The notes: generated by a model from the sequence alone, not told the origin. A DNA stretch of 64,000 nt from an uncultured Acidobacteriota bacterium (GCA_963843575.1 CAWJKZ010000023.1:32001-96000), one strand, 5' to 3'. Shown: positions 17,910-27,857, counted from the first letter of the stretch. Made by a program: numbers and translations.

Positions 17910-19790
17910 TCAGCCCTCGAAGGATATCGAAGGGCTGCGGAGGCTGGTTTGCGGCAGGACCAGCCCGGCGAGGTCGGACTCGGTCTGGCATAGAGAGGCT
18001 GATGGAGCGGGGGAGCACGACGATGCTTCCCGTGCGGGGAGGTCGGCCGAAACTTGTGACTCGACCGGGAAGACTTCAGTTACGGGCCGCGGCTGGCCGA
18101 TGTGGTAGCCCTGTGCATAGTCTAAGCCGCTGTTGCGGAGGAGGCGCACCGTGTCGGCGTCCCCGACAAACTCGGCGATGGTCTTCTTGCCCATGCCTTG
18201 CACAATGCCCACAATGGCATTGACGACCAGCTGGTCCACTGGATTCACGGCGAGGCCGCGGATGAACTCGCCGTCAATCTTGACGTAGTCGAAAGGGAAA
18301 TTCTTGAGGTAGTAAAAGGAGGCAAAGCCCGCGCCAAAGTCATCCAGGGCGACCGAGCAGCCACGACCGCGCAGGCGTCCGGCGAAGGCCCTCGCCTGCT
18401 CCAGATTGGAGAGTGCGGCCGTCTCGGTCAGCTCGAACACCAGGCATGCGGGATCGATTCCGCCTTCTGTCAGCGCGTCCTCGACCTGCCCAACGAATCC
18501 GGGATCGCACATCGACTTGCCCGAAATGTTGACGTCGAGTATGAGCTTCCTACCGCCCCGCCCGTGCGCTGCGATCAGGTTGATGGCTTCGCGTACGACC
18601 CAGATGTCGATTGCCGGGAGCAGCCCCAAGCGTTCGGCGATATATAAGAAAGCGTTGGGCGATTGGCATTCGCAGGTATCACGCCCGGGAAGCCGCAGCA
18701 AGAGCTCGTGCTGGCGGACCTTCATCGTCTGAAGGTCAAGGATCGGCTGACAGTAGAGAAGGAAGCGGTGCTCTTCGACCGCCTCTCGGATCCGCTCGGC
18801 CTCGCTGAGTTGCGCCGATCCTGGATCCCGTCCGACGGTTCCCGATCGGTACATGACGTAACGATTTCGTCCTGCCAGCTTGGCTTCGTACATCGCCAGG
18901 TCGCAACGGGCCAGCACCTCCGCCGCACTGAGGCTATCGAACAGGGAAATCCCTACACTTGCCGTAATGCGTATCGACTGATCGGCCAGCATCGCCGTTT
19001 GCCTGCTCAGTGCCTTGACGACTTCATCGGCCGCGACCACTGCCCGTTCTGCGTCAGTCTGTGGAAGGAGCACCGCAAATTCGTCGCCGCCGATCCGCGC
19101 GAGGGTATCCGTGTGGCGCACCCGGTGCTTCAACAATCCCCCGATTCCTTTGAGCAGATCGTCGCCGGCCATGTGGCCGAAGGCGTCGTTCACCTCCTTG
19201 AAATTGTCCAAGTCGATCATGAGCACTGCCCCTGGGGCGCCGTAACGCGCCGCTCGCTCCACCTCGCGCGCCAACTCCTGCTCAAAGCGCCGCCGATTGA
19301 AGAGACCCGTGAGATGATCGTGATCGACCAGAAACTCGAGGCGTTGCACCTCCTGCTTGCGGTCGGAAATATCTTGAAACTGCGTGATCAGGTAGAGCAC
19401 CTGACCCTCGTGGCCGCGCACAAGCGATATGGTCGCCAGCATCCAGACATAGTGGCCCCACAGGTGGCGGTAGCGCTTCTCGACCTGGTAACTGGGAATC
19501 TGGCCGTCGAGCAGCTGTCGGAGCAAATGGAGATCGAGATCGACGTCGTCCGGATGCGTAAGCGATCGCAGTGTGGTCGCCTTAAGTTCGCTTTCTGAAT
19601 ACCCCGTAGTCCGGCAGAGCGCGTTGTTGACCTGCAGACAGCGGCTGTTCATGTCGATGAGCGCCATCCCGATCGGCGCGTTGCCGAACGCGCTCTCGAA
19701 GCGCTCGTGCACTTCCCTCACACTCCGCGCCGCATCGCTCCGCTCACCTTCTGATTGCTCGCGCCCGGCACTCTTCCTTGGCCGTGTCAT
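17910..19790 (-). CDS. PAS-GGDEF-EAL diguanylate cyclase/phosphodiesterase
   Basis: FGNAPIGMA PAS; DHLTGLFNRR, DLDNFK, ARIGGDEF; ELLLR, FELTE, DDFGAG, VKIDG, IAEFV, AQGY. Confidence 0.95.
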   Translation of the reverse strand: MTRPRKSAGREQSEGERSDAARSVREVHERFESAFGNAPIGMALIDMNSRCLQVNNALCRTTGYSESELKATTLRSLTHPDDVDLDLHLLRQLLDGQIPSYQVEKRYRHLWGHYVWMLATISLVRGHEGQVLYLITQFQDISDRKQEVQRLEFLVDHDHLTGLFNRRRFEQELAREVERAARYGAPGAVLMIDLDNFKEVNDAFGHMAGDDLLKGIGGLLKHRVRHTDTLARIGGDEFAVLLPQTDAERAVVAADEVVKALSRQTAMLADQSIRITASVGISLFDSLSAAEVLARCDLAMYEAKLAGRNRYVMYRSGTVGRDPGSAQLSEAERIREAVEEHRFLLYCQPILDLQTMKVRQHELLLRLPGRDTCECQSPNAFLYIAERLGLLPAIDIWVVREAINLIAAHGRGGRKLILDVNISGKSMCDPGFVGQVEDALTEGGIDPACLVFELTETAALSNLEQARAFAGRLRGRGCSVALDDFGAGFASFYYLKNFPFDYVKIDGEFIRGLAVNPVDQLVVNAIVGIVQGMGKKTIAEFVGDADTVRLLRNSGLDYAQGYHIGQPRPVTEVFPVESQVSADLPAREASSCSPAPSASLCQTESDLAGLVLPQTSLRSPSISFEG

Positions 19791-20372
19791 GGCGGCGGCA
19801 AGCTTTATTCTGGCTTCCACACGCTTCAGCTCCAAGTCTTCAAACGTTCCCCACCAGGAGTCAACTTTGCAGACACCACCCTGCCACGTAGGCTTGACGT
19901 GCAGATTGGCACGCAACTTATATACCCTCTGTGATGCCCGGCTGTCCGTTCAATACTGCTCACACCTCTGGTCAATAATGCTCACTTCAACATAAACCCG
20001 CAGCCGCCATCGATTTAAGACCGGCGGCAGGAGGCAGGCGGGCCCTTCGCTCTGCAGTTTCGGCATTTCCAGCGTCAACAACTCAATGGTTCTCCTCGGC
20101 GGACTCCTGAGGAATTGCCATGATTTCGAATGGTCGCTTGCCCTGCCTCAATGCGACTTCGCGCAGCGAGCAACATGACCCTGTCCACAATTGCGAGGAG
20201 TCTACCGCCACCCGCTTGTGCGAGGCGGAAACACCCAGTGCTGCGTTGCGGTCGGACTCAAGTTCGGGAGGTCGCTGACGGGGAACCGAAGGGCGGGTTG
20301 TACGCAATTCCACCTTTGCCCGTGAGAGCAAGCCGCGAAGGTAGGCGGAAACAACACTCCGTGAATCCGTGT

Positions 20373-21032
20373 TTATTGGTCCGGCATTGCGAAGTGCCCC
20401 TCGCCAGTGTTGTCACGACCGTCCGAGCGGCCGAGCACGAGCAGGAATTCTGAAGGTTGCGGCTGCATGTTGCGCCAATGGTGTGGCAGGTGTGACTCGA
20501 ATAGAAGGCTGTCGCCTGACCTGAGGATGTAAGTTTCTTTCTCGATCCGGTATTCGATTCGCCCCTTAAGGCACAGGACAAACTCGTAACCGCTGTGAAT
20601 GATCGGCTGGGTCCCAGCGGGCGAGGTGCTCGCCAGGCGTACCATGAAGCATTGGAAGTTCGACGTAACAAATCCTGCCCCGAGCTCCTCGATGCTGCCG
20701 TTCGCAAACGGGAACCGGGGCTGTGTACCGCTCTTTACGTGAACCACACTGCTCTTTGAGGCCTCGGTTTCGAAGAACGAGGTCATGGGAACGCCGAGAG
20801 CCGCCGCAAGCTCCTGCAGGGTGGACACGGTAGGCGAGCTCTTGCTGTTTTCTATGAGGCTGAGCGCGTTTACCGAGATGCCGCTCAGTCCGGCAAGCGC
20901 CCGGATCGAAAGGCTGCGTGCTTCGCGGAGCGTTCGAACACGCAGACCCACCTTGAACTCAGGAACGGCGCGCTTCACCAGGGATCCGACCGGGTTGCCC
21001 TGAGCTCTCCGCATCGAGGCTGATTGCTTCAA
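20373..21032 (-). CDS. XRE-family HTH plus cupin transcriptional regulator
   Basis: VRTLREARSLSIRALAGLSGISVNALSLIENSKSSPTV; HSGYEFVLCLKG...GDSLLF..HLPHHW cupin. Confidence 0.92.
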   Translation of the reverse strand: MKQSASMRRAQGNPVGSLVKRAVPEFKVGLRVRTLREARSLSIRALAGLSGISVNALSLIENSKSSPTVSTLQELAAALGVPMTSFFETEASKSSVVHVKSGTQPRFPFANGSIEELGAGFVTSNFQCFMVRLASTSPAGTQPIIHSGYEFVLCLKGRIEYRIEKETYILRSGDSLLFESHLPHHWRNMQPQPSEFLLVLGRSDGRDNTGEGHFAMPDQ

Positions 21033-21282
21033 TCGAAGTCCTCCTTTGGTGCTGCCTTCCGATCCTGTATTTACCGATCACAGGTCGTTAAGTGCGATCA
21101 GGCGGTAAGTAGGCTACCATAATACTGTGACACTACGGGATCGCTTAGCACTTTACAACCATAAAACTGTGCGCTACGCTGAGTTGCAGTTCCGAATTTC
21201 GCACAGTGGGATCCTCTAGCGAGACCCTCGAGAGTCCTGCCATTCTGACGGTCGCCGTTCACCCGGGGAAAGGAATTGCCGG

Positions 21283-21858
21283 ATGACCGATTGCTTCGTT
21301 GACGCTGGTGCGCCACTCATAGATTGCCTTCAACTGACAGAAGGGGAGCGGAGCGAGCTGATCAGGCTCGGCTACATCACCGAGGATGGCAGGATGCGCG
21401 AGTATGCTCCCCCTGCCAACGCTAAAATCGCCAAAACCGCAGTGCAGGCGCCCGAAGTCTTGAACGAGGCGTTCCATTATACCCTGCCTTCTTCGTTTTC
21501 ACGGGGGCTGCGTCTCGAACTGGGCGACGTCGTCGCGCTGTTGATTTCGGGAACCGCGAGTGTGGATGAGAACGGAAAGACGATTCACGTTGGCGACTTC
21601 GGGGCCCAGTGCTGGAGAACGTATCGCAATATCTCGACCCTCCTTGCCTCCGAGGGAGCGACGTGGCACGACGTGGTTAGAACGACGTGCTACCTGAGAG
21701 ACATCGAGCGCGACTATGACCAGTTCAACCGCATCCGCACGTCGTTTTTCAGATGGCTTCGGCTGGATCCACTGCCGGCGAGTGTCGGTGTGCAGGCGCG
21801 GCTCTGTCGCGGAGACCTCCTCGTCGAGATTGAAGCGGTCGCCCTCTTTCGGAAGTGA
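21283..21858 (+). CDS. Rid (YjgF/YER057c/UK114) family protein
   Basis: FSRG, ISGTASVD, VVRTTCYLRD, PASVGVQARLCRGDLLVEIEAVA. Confidence 0.85.
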   Translation: MTDCFVDAGAPLIDCLQLTEGERSELIRLGYITEDGRMREYAPPANAKIAKTAVQAPEVLNEAFHYTLPSSFSRGLRLELGDVVALLISGTASVDENGKTIHVGDFGAQCWRTYRNISTLLASEGATWHDVVRTTCYLRDIERDYDQFNRIRTSFFRWLRLDPLPASVGVQARLCRGDLLVEIEAVALFRK

Positions 21859-22352
21859 GACCGAGAGACTGCAGCTATGATGAACTTGGGCACGACGGGC
21901 CTGAACGGGATTCTCCCAGGTGCTGCAATGCTTCGGAAAGCAGGGCGCCCTGCGAATCCCAAGGGGTGAGGAGGAAACCAGCTCTTTTCAACGAACGCGT
22001 CATGGCGGGCTGTCCGATACGACGGCGCCCGTCTCAGGACGGGCGCCATGTGCCAGACGACTTCAGAAGCGCTGCTCCAACGGGGGCCCCGAAATCCTGC
22101 GCCTGAACTGGTATCGCGGTCATTGTTGAACAGGCACGCGCCGTTCCCACACCGTGATCGATTGGATCTCGCCGCTTTCACCCCGCGACGGCTTCAACAA
22201 ATGCACGGACGGTGCCACCGGATTTGCGCCTGGCACTTGTGCTCCCATCCCGTATGGACGTAAGAACCTGGACCGCGGGACCCAAAGACGCGCGAGGGAC
22301 CGGCGAGTGCAGATTCTTCAATGTCGCGCAACATCTGCAGTCCTTCGCCCGG

Positions 22353-22799
22353 CTACAGGCCCTCGCGATCGATGAACTTTGCGGCGGCGCTGGCCACCAC
22401 CCGCCCGTTCTGGACGAGTTCCGCCTCCAATACGAAAAGAGGGGCCGAATTTTCGCGTACCCAGGCTCGGACCAAAGCGGCTTGCCCGGTCGCAACGGGG
22501 AGCAGAAAGCGCACGATCAATCGCGCGGTGACGGCGGCTTTGCCCCGGGAAAAAAGACAGTTCGTCATGGCGGCGTCCAGCAGCAGGGAAGTAATGCCGC
22601 CGTGAAGGAGCCCCGGGTAGCCTTCATACATTGACCGACAGTCGAAAGTCGCCTCCACGCCTTCGTCCGCACGCACAATAAAAATAAGGCCCAATCCTGC
22701 TGAATTCACGGGACTGCAGCTGACACAGCCAGGGTGAGCCTTCTCCCTGGTTGCTTCCATTCGATGTTGTTGCTCCTCGATTGCGGTGTACCTATTCAT
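22353..22799 (-). CDS. PaaI family hotdog thioesterase
   Basis: HPGCVSCSPVNSAGL, EGYPGLLHGGITSLLLDAAM, VTARLIVRF; ATGA overlap with ccmH. Confidence 0.9.
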   Translation of the reverse strand: MNRYTAIEEQQHRMEATREKAHPGCVSCSPVNSAGLGLIFIVRADEGVEATFDCRSMYEGYPGLLHGGITSLLLDAAMTNCLFSRGKAAVTARLIVRFLLPVATGQAALVRAWVRENSAPLFVLEAELVQNGRVVASAAAKFIDREGL

Positions 22800-23341
22800 T
22801 TCCCGATTGGCTTGGTCCGAGGACATTCTTCCAGGTCGCGGAGTTCCTTGTCGACCAGTGCGGCGTAGCGGGCCTGCGGTAGCGGCGCGCCCTCCTGGGG
22901 AGCGTCCGAGCGGGGTGCGCGAAGTTTTCTGACGACGGCAACCAGCAGCCAGGTACCAAGGATCAGGGCGACCCAGGGCAGAATGTAAACAAGTACGTTG
23001 AATCCCCTGGCGCGAGGTGTTGCCAAGATCCTCTCACCGTAGATCGCTACGAAGTGGTCCAGGATCTCCTCTCGGCTCTTACCTCCCGCGAGCATCTCCC
23101 GCACGCCTTTGCGGATCTCTTCGGCGGCGGCCGATTGGTGCTGCGAGACCGGCTGGGACCAGCAGCAGGGCGCGATGAGGTTGTCCTCGATGGCGCGTGC
23201 CTCGTCGTCAGCCTGGGTCGAACCACCGACCGCCGTAATCTTCTGCGGCCCCATCACGAAAACGGCGCCCAGCACCGCGGCCCAAACCAGATTGTGCTTC
23301 ACCGTAACCGCACTCCTCACGGACTCCTCCCGGTTTCGCAT
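22796..23341 (-). CDS. ccmH: Cytochrome c biogenesis protein CcmH/NrfF-like
   Basis: LIAPCCWSQPVSQHQS, EILDHFVAIYGERILATP, C-terminal TM helix. Confidence 0.8.
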   Translation of the reverse strand: MRNREESVRSAVTVKHNLVWAAVLGAVFVMGPQKITAVGGSTQADDEARAIEDNLIAPCCWSQPVSQHQSAAAEEIRKGVREMLAGGKSREEILDHFVAIYGERILATPRARGFNVLVYILPWVALILGTWLLVAVVRKLRAPRSDAPQEGAPLPQARYAALVDKELRDLEECPRTKPIGK

Positions 23342-24779
23342 GCCGCCGCCGACTCCAGCGCGACGGGACTACGGTTTTGCCCCAGCGCGTCCCATTCGAT
23401 GGAGGCAGAAGTTGGACTTCCACGGGGATGTCCGCCGGGATCTGGACGTTGAAGGAACCATCCTCCTCGACGGGGCACTCACCAAGCAGCCGGCGCGCGA
23501 TCGGGGGGGCGGGTGTTCGGCCCGGTTGTCGCAAGTTGTCCCCCTCCCTCGAGCGTACCGGCAGCGCCTCGAGGAACCGCGCTCGCCTGATCACGCCTCC
23601 ACTTGCCCACTCCGGCTTATAGAGGCTGGAGACATGCGCGCTCAGGCAATACAGCTTGCCCATCGGCATCTCCGCGGGCTTGCCTTTCGATTCCAGGGCG
23701 GAGGGGTCCTCGACTTCGCCCGTGCGGCGCAGAACCGAGGTAGAGCGGCCGTCGGGTTCCGGTCTCTCCCCCAGCCTTTTTGCCTGGATGTCATCCCACT
23801 CCGGATCATCGAAAACGCATTCGAATCTGCCCGATGATGTATCGAGCCGGCCTACCTCGTAGGAGGCTGCCGAACCAGGCCGGAGCCGAGAAACCAGAAC
23901 ACCGCCGTCCGGCAGCGGGGAGGGGTAGAGGAAAAGCCCATCCTCGGGTTTTGTGACACGGTTGTAGGCGTGATGGTTGCGGCGGACTGTCACGTACGAA
24001 AGGAAACCGGCGCCGTCAGCCGTCATCCTTTCGGACTCGACGAACACGGCAAGTCCATCGGAGGTGACGCAGGGCATGCGCTTGACCCTGCCCCCCCCCG
24101 CCCCGGCGAAAAGCGCGAGATCCGTCCCGTCGATGTTCACGCCGAATAGCGCGGCAGCCGGGCTCTCGTTCGGGTGGCGCCGCGTCAGGGCGGAGAGAAC
24201 CAGCCGTCCGTCCGGCATCAAGAACGGATCCGTCACTCCCGACGGGGCATAAGTGAGGCGCAGTCTGCCTGTACCATCCAGCCTGCAGGAATAGAGGCTC
24301 GTCGCGGTGCCCTCGCCGTACTCGTTGACATTCCCAGGCAGGTCGCTGACAAAACCGATCTGGTGCCAGGGCTTGTCGGAGATGAGCGTGTAGAGGGTGG
24401 AGGGATAGACGGGGCTGCGGCAGTTGCCCATCTTGGCAGTGATCTGCCGGAGCCCCTGCCCGTCCGCGCCGATTTCAAATATGTTCCACGTACCGTGTGT
24501 GGTCCGTTTCCCGGCGAACAACAGCGTTGTCCCGTCAAAAGACACTTCGGGATCACAGGCGGTGTGGAAACCTTCCGTAAGAACGCGCCGGCGCCCGTCA
24601 GGGTACACCACCACGATCCGTGCTCCGTCCGAAAGCTGGCCGTTCGAGGGAACCTGTTGTGACTGGGTCCGAACGAAAGACTGGGTCAGCACAATCGGGT
24701 ATTCCAGGGGAGGCGCGGCCGCAACCAGAAACGCGCCGGCAACAATGATGATCGAGGCGTGTTTCAGACGGCCGAACAT
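23208..24779 (-). pseudogene. HzsA-related (hydrazine synthase alpha-like) TolB-type beta-propeller protein, C-terminally truncated
   Basis: Signal peptide; DPEVSFDGTTLLFAG, WNIFEIGADGQGLRQIT, LFGVNIDGT; LLGECPVEEDGSFNVQIPADIPVEVQLL, after which resemblance stops near 23405 and the frame runs into ccmH; no CxxCH present. Confidence 0.65.
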
Positions 24780-25000
24780 AGCGCAGGCTCCCTCGAAGCC
24801 CTGTTTGTTTTCTGCCGCTCGCTGAGTCCGGTTCCTGGACGGTTTTGGCCGGGCCCCCTGCGGCAGCATGCGACGGACCGGCGCTTCGGGCGAGAGTAAC
24901 GCACAAAATAGTGTGTGTAAAGGAGCAAATCGGCGCTATTCCAACCACTATGTTGTGCCACGAATGCCGACCGAGCGAGAGGGGCGGGGAACGGAAGCGC

Positions 25001-25028
25001 TTGACAGTTGTGAGCATATGCTTATAAT
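25001..25028 (+). promoter_or_regulatory. Consensus sigma-70 promoter overlapped by a palindromic operator
   Basis: TTGACA 25001-25006, 16-bp spacer, TATAAT 25023-25028; perfect palindrome AGCATATGCT 25013-25022; GGAGG before ATG 25047. Confidence 0.85.
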
Positions 25029-25046
25029 GAAACGCGGAGGCATTCA

Positions 25047-25484
25047 ATGCCGAGGCCAGTCTGCTGTCGCCGCATCTCCGGCATGCCGGCGGCGTCTGTG
25101 TTCAAGCCGGCCGGCATACCGGGACGCATGCTCGAGCAGGTGATTCTAACGCTGGATGAATTTGAGGCGATCCGGCTCGCCGACCTGGAAGGCCTCTACC
25201 AGGAGCAGGCAGCGGAGCTCATGCGGATCTCCCGCCCGACATTTGGCCGGATCATCGATGCCGCGCGACGGAAGGTTGCGGAAGCGCTTATTTTGGGCAA
25301 AGTGCTCAAGATCGAGGGCGGGTCCGTATACGCCGAGCCAGGGCGAAGCCACCGATGTGATTCCTGTGCCAATGAATGGGACGGGCCGGCAGGGAAATCC
25401 ACCGAGTGCCCGTGCTGTCATCGGGCACGCCATGACGAAGTGCCGGCCTGCGCTGGGCAGCAGCGGCGCCGGAAAACGCAGTAG
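25047..25484 (+). CDS. DUF134 family DNA-binding protein with C-terminal Cys motifs
   Basis: MPRPVCCRRI...FKPAGIP...LTLDEFEAIRLADLEGLYQEQAAELMRISRPTFGRI...ARRKVAEAL; CDSC...CPCC. Confidence 0.92.
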   Translation: MPRPVCCRRISGMPAASVFKPAGIPGRMLEQVILTLDEFEAIRLADLEGLYQEQAAELMRISRPTFGRIIDAARRKVAEALILGKVLKIEGGSVYAEPGRSHRCDSCANEWDGPAGKSTECPCCHRARHDEVPACAGQQRRRKTQ

Positions 25485-25520
25485 AAATCGACGCTGACCC
25501 ACATAAGAAAGGAATAAAAC

Positions 25521-25916
25521 GTGAATATCTGTATCCCAGTTCTGGAAGACAAAGGGCTCGACAGCCCTGTCAGCCTGCATTTCGGTTCTGCACCCGTGTT
25601 TCTGATCGTGGACGCTGAAAGCGGCACCTGCCGTGCCGTCCCCAACCGGAACCTCCATCATAGCCATGGCATGTGTCAGCCACTGATGGCGCTTGCGGGG
25701 GAGAACATCGGGGCATTAGTGGTCGGCGGCATTGGAATGGGGGCGCTCGGCAAACTTCGTACCTCAAATATCGAGGTCTATATTTCGGATCTGCCGACGG
25801 TGAATGCCACCCTTGCGGCATTCAAGTCCGGCAGCTTGCAGGCGGTGACACCCCAGACCGCCTGCGGGCATCACGGCCATGGGCATCACGGTGAGACCAG
25901 TCTGCATGGGATCTGA
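25521..25916 (+). CDS. NifB/NifX (FeMo-cofactor-binding fold) family protein with His-rich tail
   Basis: ICIP...HFGSAPVFLIVD...HGMCQP...VVGGIGMGA; CGHHGHGHHG. Confidence 0.9.
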   Translation: MNICIPVLEDKGLDSPVSLHFGSAPVFLIVDAESGTCRAVPNRNLHHSHGMCQPLMALAGENIGALVVGGIGMGALGKLRTSNIEVYISDLPTVNATLAAFKSGSLQAVTPQTACGHHGHGHHGETSLHGI

Positions 25917-25931
25917 CAGGGACAGGAAGGC

Positions 25932-26105
25932 ATGAACGCCGACGAAATGCGTGAACCGGTGTCGATCGTCAGTCCAATCGGGGTCTTCAGGACGCCGCGC
26001 AAATCGGCTTCCGGGACCCCGATCCAGCCCGCATACGGGCAGGAGGTCCCGGGAGAGGTAGAAACTCGGGAGGAGTACGAAGCCGCGCTCTAAGACATCG
26101 CGGGT
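25932..26105 (+). pseudogene. trmO: TrmO/TsaA (tRNA m6t6A37 methyltransferase) 5' fragment
   Basis: Not in the ORF track. PIGVFRTPRKSASGTPIQPAYG...GEVE..EEYEAAL*DIAG matches the TrmO N-terminus; in-frame TAA at 26091; truncated just before the IS-like end. Confidence 0.7.
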
Positions 26106-26125
26106 CCCGGGCGCGGAATCGGATG

Positions 26126-26234
26126 GCCCTTAAACCAGAAAAATGGCCCCCAAAAACCCGAATAAGGCCGTTTTTGAGGGCCGAAAACGCCGCAAGCTAT
26201 TATAAGAGCGCTACTTGCCCTGGTCCGTCCCCTA
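26126..26234 (-). mobile_element. IS/transposon end-like sequence, right copy (inverted relative to 11232-11340)
   Basis: Reverse complement begins TAGGGGACGGACC; its TAG is also the glnA stop codon. Confidence 0.6.
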
Positions 26235-27665
26235 AAACCTGCCCCAGAGGAACTGATTGGTTACTTCGTGGTGGAACTGGATTTCGCTGCGCTTGACGCG
26301 CTCGCCGAGCGCCTTGGGACAACGCTCCGCGGATGCCAGTTTCAGCTCGGCGTACTTTTCGTGCACCTGCTCGCCGAGCAGTTCCTGTGCGAACTTGCTC
26401 CCCTTGAACAGCCGGATCGCGTCGTAAATGTTGTCGGGGAGGAAGCGGGTGCGCTGGCGCTTCCCGTCGTTGTCGGCGTCCATGGCCGGCCCTGCGAGGC
26501 CCGTCTTGAACAGGGCAAAGATCGCCAGGTACGGGTTGGCGTCGGGCGCGATCGAGCGCACCTCGATGCGGGCCGTGCTCTCGTTGCCGATCGGTATCCG
26601 GATCATCGCACCGCGGTCCGACGGCGAGATCTTGATCTGGTTCGGGGCCTCGAAGTGCGGGTCGAGCCGGCGATACGAGTTGACGCTCGAGTTCAGGATC
26701 AGGCAGAGGTCGTCCGCGTTCGCCAGGATGCGGTTGATGAACTGCCAGGCAAAGTCCGACAGCCCGTCCCGGCCCTTTTTGTCGTGGAAAATGTTCTTCC
26801 CGGCCTGCGAAATCGACATGTTGGTGTGGCAGCCGCTGCCGTTGACGTTGGCGACCGGCTTGGGCAGGAACGACGCCGTCAGGTTCATCTGCGCCGCCAC
26901 CTGGCGGGCGATCAGCTTGTAGAGCTGCACCTGGTCCGCGGCGACCGTCGCCTCGGTGTAGGAGTAGTTCATCTCGAACTGCGACGGCGCCACCTCGGGA
27001 TGGTCTTTCTCGTTCCCGAATGCAAGCGCCCGCTGCACCTCGGCGGACGTGTCGATGAACTTGCGCAGCGTGTCTCCCGGCAAAGAGTGGTAGTAGCCCC
27101 CCGTCGAGACGTACTCGAACTGGCCCGTCTCAAAGTACCGCCGCTCGGCGTCAGGCCCCTTGAAGATGAACCCCTCGATCTCGTTGGCCGCCTGCGCCAC
27201 CATCTCCGACTTGCGCAACTCGGCGGCGAAGGCCTTCAGCCGCGCACGCATGTCCGCCATATACGGCGTCCCGTCCTGGTCGCAAACCTCCCCGAACACC
27301 AGCACCTTGCCCGGGCCGAACACGTCCGCCGGCAGGTGGTAAAAGGCGGGCCAGTCGATCATCAGGCGCAGGTCCGATTCCGCCTGACGCGAAAAGCCGC
27401 GGATGGAAGAGCCGTCGAACGTCATGTTGTCCGCCGACTTCAACAGAAACTTCTTGTCGTAGTCCAACATGTGGAAGCGCCCTTCCAGATCGGTGAAGCA
27501 GACCGTCACCGCCTTGATGCGCTTCTCGTCGGACAGATACCCCATGCGCGCGTCGCGGATCTTGCCAGGATCCTTGCCCGCAATCCGGTCAGCCTTGGCC
27601 TCGAGGTTCATCTGCTCGAGCTTGTCATACGGGATCTCCAAAAAGTCACGCAGCGGCGTCTCCAT
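26232..27665 (-). CDS. glnA: Glutamine synthetase, type I
   Basis: FTDLEG, FDGSSIRGF...ESDL, HPEVAPSQFE, FLPKP..VNGSGCHTNMS, NSYRRLDPHFEAP, IRIP, RIEVR..PDANPYLA; GGAGG RBS. Confidence 0.97.
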   Translation of the reverse strand: METPLRDFLEIPYDKLEQMNLEAKADRIAGKDPGKIRDARMGYLSDEKRIKAVTVCFTDLEGRFHMLDYDKKFLLKSADNMTFDGSSIRGFSRQAESDLRLMIDWPAFYHLPADVFGPGKVLVFGEVCDQDGTPYMADMRARLKAFAAELRKSEMVAQAANEIEGFIFKGPDAERRYFETGQFEYVSTGGYYHSLPGDTLRKFIDTSAEVQRALAFGNEKDHPEVAPSQFEMNYSYTEATVAADQVQLYKLIARQVAAQMNLTASFLPKPVANVNGSGCHTNMSISQAGKNIFHDKKGRDGLSDFAWQFINRILANADDLCLILNSSVNSYRRLDPHFEAPNQIKISPSDRGAMIRIPIGNESTARIEVRSIAPDANPYLAIFALFKTGLAGPAMDADNDGKRQRTRFLPDNIYDAIRLFKGSKFAQELLGEQVHEKYAELKLASAERCPKALGERVKRSEIQFHHEVTNQFLWGRF

Positions 27666-27689
27666 CTCTCTCCTCCAATTAACGCTCCA

Positions 27690-27772
27690 TCTTCATGGCA
27701 CTAAAAATACTCTTTATATTATAAAAATCAATATAATTACTATAAAATGCGCAAAATTAGTTGTTCGCGCAC
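27690..27772 (-). promoter_or_regulatory. AT-rich glnA upstream region with an imperfect inverted repeat
   Basis: About 60 bp nearly all A/T, TATAAT on the minus strand; TGCGCAAA-N8-TTCGCGCA. Confidence 0.45.
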
Positions 27773-27787
27773 GCGGAATCTTCGAGA

Positions 27788-27857
27788 TTCTTCTGGCATT
27801 CGAGCCTTCGAGGCGAGGTCCAGACCTCACCTCGAAGGCTCGAATGCCTCAGAAGAA
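27788..27857. repeat. Long intergenic inverted repeat (REP-like or terminator hairpin)
   Basis: GGCATTCGAGCCTTCGAGG pairs exactly with CCTCGAAGGCTCGAATGCC, extended by TTCTTCT/AGAAGAA. Confidence 0.8.

Noticed and set aside
19791-20372. Possible c-di-GMP riboswitch or small RNA upstream of the GGDEF-EAL gene
   Set aside because: No convincing consensus seen by eye; an Rfam scan would be needed.
23208-24779. Hydrazine synthase / anammox capability
   Set aside because: HzsA-like propellers are widespread; this copy is truncated and no hzsB or hzsC is present.
25521-25916. Nitrogen fixation gene
   Set aside because: NifX-fold proteins beside DUF134 occur in non-diazotrophs; no nifHDK in the window.
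26268-27704. 478-aa antisense ORF covering glnA
   Set aside because: Shadow ORF from strong codon bias in GC-rich DNA; no motifs, while the opposite strand is clearly glnA.
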